From contig JAFGCB010000023.1 of NCBI GenBank assembly GCA_016932855.1, positions 4,825-68,824 on the forward strand: a DNA stretch of 64,000 nt, written 5' to 3'; not shown here. How positions within the stretch are numbered: the first letter of the stretch is position 1. Origin of the DNA: Candidatus Omnitrophota bacterium (GTDB taxonomy: Bacteria; Omnitrophota; Gorgyraeia; Duberdicusellales; Duberdicusellaceae). More notes on this DNA, generated by a model, which saw only the letters and a program-made list of their open reading frames with translations, did not search any database and was not told where the DNA came from.

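Noticed and set aside
14256-63101. About 90 plus-strand ORFs of 60-190 aa listed inside the giant gene (e.g. 14256..14483, 34086..34295, 44340..44909, 46469..46909)
   Set aside because: They are antisense shadows of a continuous 49.9-kb minus-strand ORF. Several simply mirror the repeated linker modules (..FTKLLESIL endings). No RBS or domain motif supports any of them.
14087-63967. Possibility that the giant ORF is an NRPS/PKS megasynthase
   Set aside because: No condensation (HHxxxDG), adenylation (SGTTGxPKG), KS (CSSSL) or carrier-protein (GGHS/DSL) core motifs were seen in the translation. The domains present are unrelated folds.
14087-63967. Possibility that the giant ORF is a decayed pseudogene or read-through artefact
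   Set aside because: The frame is completely stop-free over 49.9 kb and retains intact catalytic motifs in several domains. Assembly collapse through the repeats remains a caveat and is flagged under the main finding.

Overview
This is an AT-rich window in which every supportable gene lies on the minus strand. A single stop-free reading frame (14087..63967, 16,626 codons) fills about 78% of it. Its first in-window codon is a GTG, and the 11 codons between it and the window edge (63968-64000) are also open, so the gene is 5'-truncated by the window and is at least 49.9 kb long. From motifs readable by eye, the predicted product is a mosaic. It carries normally soluble enzyme folds: a uridine-kinase/PRK-like P-loop domain, two Rossmann methyltransferase-like regions, a HAD-like region, a DUF89/ARMT1-like phosphatase, a ribose-5-phosphate isomerase A domain and a radical-SAM domain (CxxxCxxC plus GG[D/E]P). 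It also carries regulatory-type modules (a GHKL ATPase N-box/G-box and three tandem Fis-type HTHs), a C-terminal LysM domain and at least three separate multi-helix hydrophobic clusters. The domains are separated by recurring linker modules. One is an SSP[LVIAM] tripeptide, present about 50 times with strongly biased AGC-TCG-CCN codons. Another is a roughly 35-aa module, GDASIYFVDGKPISSPL-xx-YK(S/I)DSN(S/T)FV, whose copies are in places identical at the nucleotide level over about 80 bp and whose second half is encoded by a DNA palindrome. There is also a WFVKRG-SGN-PP module, and three GC-rich in-frame 60-bp elements. Immediately downstream (lower coordinates) lie a small GIY-YIG nuclease, a PilZ protein, a three-gene sugar ABC importer and a GPH-family MFS symporter with an Arg/Glu-repeat tail. 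Then come two paralogous clan GH-A glycoside hydrolases flanking a secreted protein with two tandem beta-sandwich (CBM-like) repeats, a Lys-rich membrane-anchored hypothetical protein, a ROK-family regulator and a partial FtsB-like gene. Four heptanucleotide tandem repeats occur: two in 5' coding regions of adjacent genes, one in a promoter region and one inside the giant gene. They point to slipped-strand phase variation. The overall picture (giant multi-TM gene, AT-rich DNA, glycan-utilisation genes) is consistent with the giant genes reported from Candidatus Omnitrophota, but that assignment is an inference I cannot verify here.
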